Origin: Desulfatiglandales bacterium
GTDB lineage: Bacteria; Desulfobacterota; DSM-4660; Desulfatiglandales; Desulfatiglandaceae
Reading direction: 5' to 3'
Assembly: GCA_963662465.1 (NCBI GenBank)
Contig: OY759599.1
Span: 2,880,001-2,944,000 of the forward strand
Length of the DNA stretch: 64,000 nucleotides
Below, in pieces: positions 61,205-64,000 of the stretch. Positions within the stretch are counted from its first letter, which is position 1, and each line of letters starts with the position of its first letter. The notes under the pieces were generated by a model. It saw nothing but the letters and a program-made list of their open reading frames with translations. It did not search any database and was not told the origin of the DNA. Made by a program: the position numbers and the translations under genes.

Positions 61205-61696
61205 ATGCCTCGAGAAAACCAAATCGCATCGTCCGAAAATTGTTCCTGTATTCACACCATGCGGACCAAGGAAATTATATATGCCATCCGCAGGCTGATG
61301 CAGGCCGGAGAACATTACACAAAAGAACTGAATAAAATTTACAACGTCAGCGCGGCCCAGATCAACTGCCTTATCGCCCTTCACGAAAATGGTCCGCTTT
61401 CTCCCTCACAGATCGCCAAACACGTGATGGTCAATTCCAGCACGCTTACCGGAATCATCGACCGACTGGAGAAGAAAAATCTTGTGAAGCGATTGAGAAT
61501 ATCGCCGGATCGCCGTGTAATTACCGTTGAGTTGACCAATAACGGCAAAATTCTCGCGGAAAACGCCCCCTCACCCATACAGCAAAAAATTATTGACGGG
61601 CTGCACGACCTATCTACCGACGAAATCGAAGACATCGCGTTTACCCTGAAACGCCTTACCGATATGTTGGATGTACAGGATCTCAAGGTCACATAA
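61205..61696 (+). CDS. MarR-family regulator (EctR-like)
   Basis: IIYAIRRL...VSAAQINCL...STLTGIIDRLEKK...DRRVITVELT...PSPIQQK; start uncertain. Confidence 0.85.
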   Translation: MPRENQIASSENCSCIHTMRTKEIIYAIRRLMQAGEHYTKELNKIYNVSAAQINCLIALHENGPLSPSQIAKHVMVNSSTLTGIIDRLEKKNLVKRLRISPDRRVITVELTNNGKILAENAPSPIQQKIIDGLHDLSTDEIEDIAFTLKRLTDMLDVQDLKVT

Positions 61697-61830
61697 TTCA
61701 CGCCCCCCCCGCCAAATTCGTCTGGCCCTTCTTTTGATCAGGACAGAATCACTCAACCGTTCAGTTCCCCTTTCAGTTTCCATGGATGCTCTCTGAGAAA
61801 TAACGACGCGTCAAAAATCCAGGAAATACC

Positions 61831-61890
61831 TTGACGTTATATTTCTCCCATGCTAGTAGTTCCTGTTCAAATAGTTTCTATTGCAAATAT
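61831..61890 (+). promoter_or_regulatory. Putative promoter with tandem imperfect palindromes (possible MarR operators)
   Basis: TTGACG-17 nt-TAGTAG (extended TG), then TAGTTCCTGTTCAAATA and TAGTTTCTATTGCAAATA. Confidence 0.35.
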
Positions 61891-62003
61891 TTCATAATAG
61901 ATGTTATCGTGTCATATATTTTATATTATGAATAAAAAATAGTTGTCTCACGACGGCTTTCTCGGCGCAATGTCGGGGTTTTACGAAAAACAAGGAGAAA
62001 ATT

Positions 62004-63218
62004 GTGAATACCGTACAGGTGGAAAAATCAAAATCCGTTTTGGGCGAGCAAACTGTGGATATGCTGCTCCGGTCCCATCAAGACGCATTGTGGATACTGG
62101 AAAACCTGGGCGTGGGGTGCAAACAGCCGGACATTCAGCAGGTCTTTAAACAACTTGAAGCAGCAGGGCTCGCAGCCGTATATGACGATCGAATTTATCT
62201 CATGGGGGACCTTGTGGAGAGATGCCTCAAAACAACCCCGGGGGTTGATGATTTTTTTGTTCCTCAAAGGAGTTTCTTCATTGGTGGGACGGCGCCCTAT
62301 GTTTACGACGACAAAAAGGGCGAAGGCGGCATTTTCCCCACAACCGAACATGCGACGCGAATTGCCAGAATTGCCGAGAAGAGCGATCCGGTGGGCGGCA
62401 TGGGACGCGGCATCAAGCTGAAAGATGAAGTGGAACAGATGACCCTCATGGCGGAAAACTGCTCAAAGCCGCTCTATTTTGCCGTGACCTCCGATAAATC
62501 GTTAGCGCGAGCGCTTGAGATCTATCAACAAAGAAAAAACATCATGATCGTATTCTGCCTGACGCGCCCGCCTCTGGAAGTGAACGAAAATTTCTCTGAG
62601 CATTTCGTCAAAGTGGTCAAAGCCGGACTTCCCACCTTCATCTCCGCCATGCCCATGGCCGGCATCAGCGCACCTTACTGCTACAACGGCGTACTTTCCA
62701 TGACCCATGCAGAAGTATTGTTCGGCATCTGTGCAGCCCAACTGCTCAACCCTGGCGTCATCTGCATCCATGCGGGATATCCGACCATCGCGGACCCCAG
62801 CATTGAATACAACCCCAATTACGGACTGGTAAGCCATAATTATCTAAACCTGCTCATGACGCACCTCAATCTCATGCTGGATCTGCCGAGCTTTCAAAGC
62901 GCCGGGACCACCCATGAAGAACACCTCAATGATCAGGCCTATGAAGACGCCAGAATGGGGCAGGCGCTTTGCATAAAATACGGCTTTCACATGATTCGCC
63001 ATCCCTTCGCCTTCCTGCGCTACCTGATCGATTTTTCCTTTGAAAAACTTGAAAAAGCCATTGAAATCGCAAGAACCGTTACAGCGGAAGACGCGCCGGA
63101 AGTGGAAAAGGTGCGCTATGATGAACGGGGAATGGAATCGTTGCGTCATAATGGCCTGGGCATGTACATGGACGACGCCCTGACCACGGCGAACCTGGGC
63201 AAAATTTTCGCCCATTAG
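62004..63218 (+). CDS. Trimethylamine methyltransferase (MttB) superfamily-like protein, no pyrrolysine, short form
   Basis: ALWILENLGV, GGTAPYVYD, MPMAGISAP, AEVLFGICAAQLLNPG, DQAYE. Confidence 0.7.
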   Translation: MNTVQVEKSKSVLGEQTVDMLLRSHQDALWILENLGVGCKQPDIQQVFKQLEAAGLAAVYDDRIYLMGDLVERCLKTTPGVDDFFVPQRSFFIGGTAPYVYDDKKGEGGIFPTTEHATRIARIAEKSDPVGGMGRGIKLKDEVEQMTLMAENCSKPLYFAVTSDKSLARALEIYQQRKNIMIVFCLTRPPLEVNENFSEHFVKVVKAGLPTFISAMPMAGISAPYCYNGVLSMTHAEVLFGICAAQLLNPGVICIHAGYPTIADPSIEYNPNYGLVSHNYLNLLMTHLNLMLDLPSFQSAGTTHEEHLNDQAYEDARMGQALCIKYGFHMIRHPFAFLRYLIDFSFEKLEKAIEIARTVTAEDAPEVEKVRYDERGMESLRHNGLGMYMDDALTTANLGKIFAH

Positions 63219-63269
63219 ACTCTATTGAAGCAAAAAAACTGAAATGAACACGCGAGAGGAGTTATTGTC

Positions 63270-64000
63270 ATGTGCGGTATTGCCGGATGTTTTGGAACAA
63301 GAGATACAAAGACCATCAATAGGATGCTGGATGCCCTTCCCCATCGAGGACCCGATGATCGAGGGATCTACGAACACACCAATGGTGTGCTGGGGCACAC
63401 CCGTTTGTCCATTGTGGATGTGGCTCGCGGTCACCAACCCATACTGGCCGATGACGGCCAACGCGGGATTGTGTGTAACGGGGAAATCTACAATTTTCGG
63501 TCATTGAAAAGAGGGTTAAACGGCGCTTTTGCCTTTACCACCCAGTCGGATACGGAAGTCATTCTTCACCTTTACAAAAAATACGGACCCGAATGCGTCA
63601 AACAGCTTGAAGGGATGTTCGCCTTTGCCATTTTTGAAGGAGACGGCTTCATGCTGGCGCGAGATCCCATCGGCATCAAACCGCTTTATTACGGGTATCA
63701 GGATGGAAACCTCTATTTCACCTCTGAACTGGGGGCAATGACCCTGGCCGGCGTCGATGAAGTACATGAATTTCCGGCCGGACACTACTACACGCCCAAT
63801 GAAGGTTTCGTCAAGTACTACAACATTCCCAAAATTCAAGATCACATTCTGACGGATGTGAATAAAACCTGCAAAAAAATTCGAACCACGTTTATAAAAG
63901 CCGTAAAAGACCGGCTTCTGGCGGATCGCGATGTCCCGGTGGGCGCCTTTTGCAGCGGCGGGCTGGACAGCAGCCTGGTGGCTGCCATTGCCGCCGAGGA
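63270..64000 (+). CDS. asnB: Asparagine synthase (glutamine-hydrolysing)-like amidotransferase, 5' part
   Basis: MCGIAG, HRGPD, GHTRLSIVD, NGEIYN, SDTE, ARDPIGIKPLYY, SGGLDSS; RBS GAGGAG. Confidence 0.88.
   Translation, partial: MCGIAGCFGTRDTKTINRMLDALPHRGPDDRGIYEHTNGVLGHTRLSIVDVARGHQPILADDGQRGIVCNGEIYNFRSLKRGLNGAFAFTTQSDTEVILHLYKKYGPECVKQLEGMFAFAIFEGDGFMLARDPIGIKPLYYGYQDGNLYFTSELGAMTLAGVDEVHEFPAGHYYTPNEGFVKYYNIPKIQDHILTDVNKTCKKIRTTFIKAVKDRLLADRDVPVGAFCSGGLDSSLVAAIAAE

Noticed and set aside
63216..63245. Pyrrolysine readthrough of the TAG ending the MttB-like gene
   Set aside because: Readthrough adds only 7 further codons before a TGA, and the TAG is terminal rather than at an internal active-site position.
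126..63845. Numerous antisense or overlapping ORFs in the six-frame track (e.g. 6697-7473, 32650-33657, 57736-58551)
   Set aside because: They are shadows of well-supported genes on the other strand or frame and have no recognisable motifs.

Overview
Window from a deltaproteobacterium-like genome (probably Desulfobacterota; inferred from gene content). Positions 1-26 kb are mostly housekeeping genes: ettA (partial), an Mla/MCE-type ABC operon headed by a cNMP-PAS membrane protein, a GAF kinase, ttcA, moaC/moaE, hemA-ccsA-sirC, hpnA-like, tRNA-His, selA, gmhA, an inserted vapBC pair, ispF, cysS, uvrB, rlmB and a collapsed mqnC remnant. 26.8-31.1 kb is a decayed accessory patch (ISAzo13 and IS1634 remnants, a large serine hydrolase, a ParD-like fragment). 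An alpha-2-macroglobulin gene (31.2-37.1 kb) and its usual partner pbpC (48.9 kb) are separated by about 11.8 kb of accessory DNA. That interval holds a CoA-transferase, an uncharacterised sigma70-r4 + tandem-RHH gene pair, a low-GC HipA-like kinase, a probable group II intron fragment, an XRE/RelE toxin-antitoxin pair, a broken IS66 with an intact DUF4338 passenger, a Toprim protein, and an integron remnant with a yefM-yoeB cassette. It also holds three copies of a 155-bp MITE (imperfect TIRs, 8-bp TSDs) carrying a GTAG-type REP doublet, the most striking structure visible directly in the DNA. The right end encodes two hybrid kinases, cspA + a 47-aa lysine-rich peptide + an ABC-F protein, and a MarR/MttB-like/AsnB-like cluster. 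All family calls come from motif recognition only; no database searches were run.
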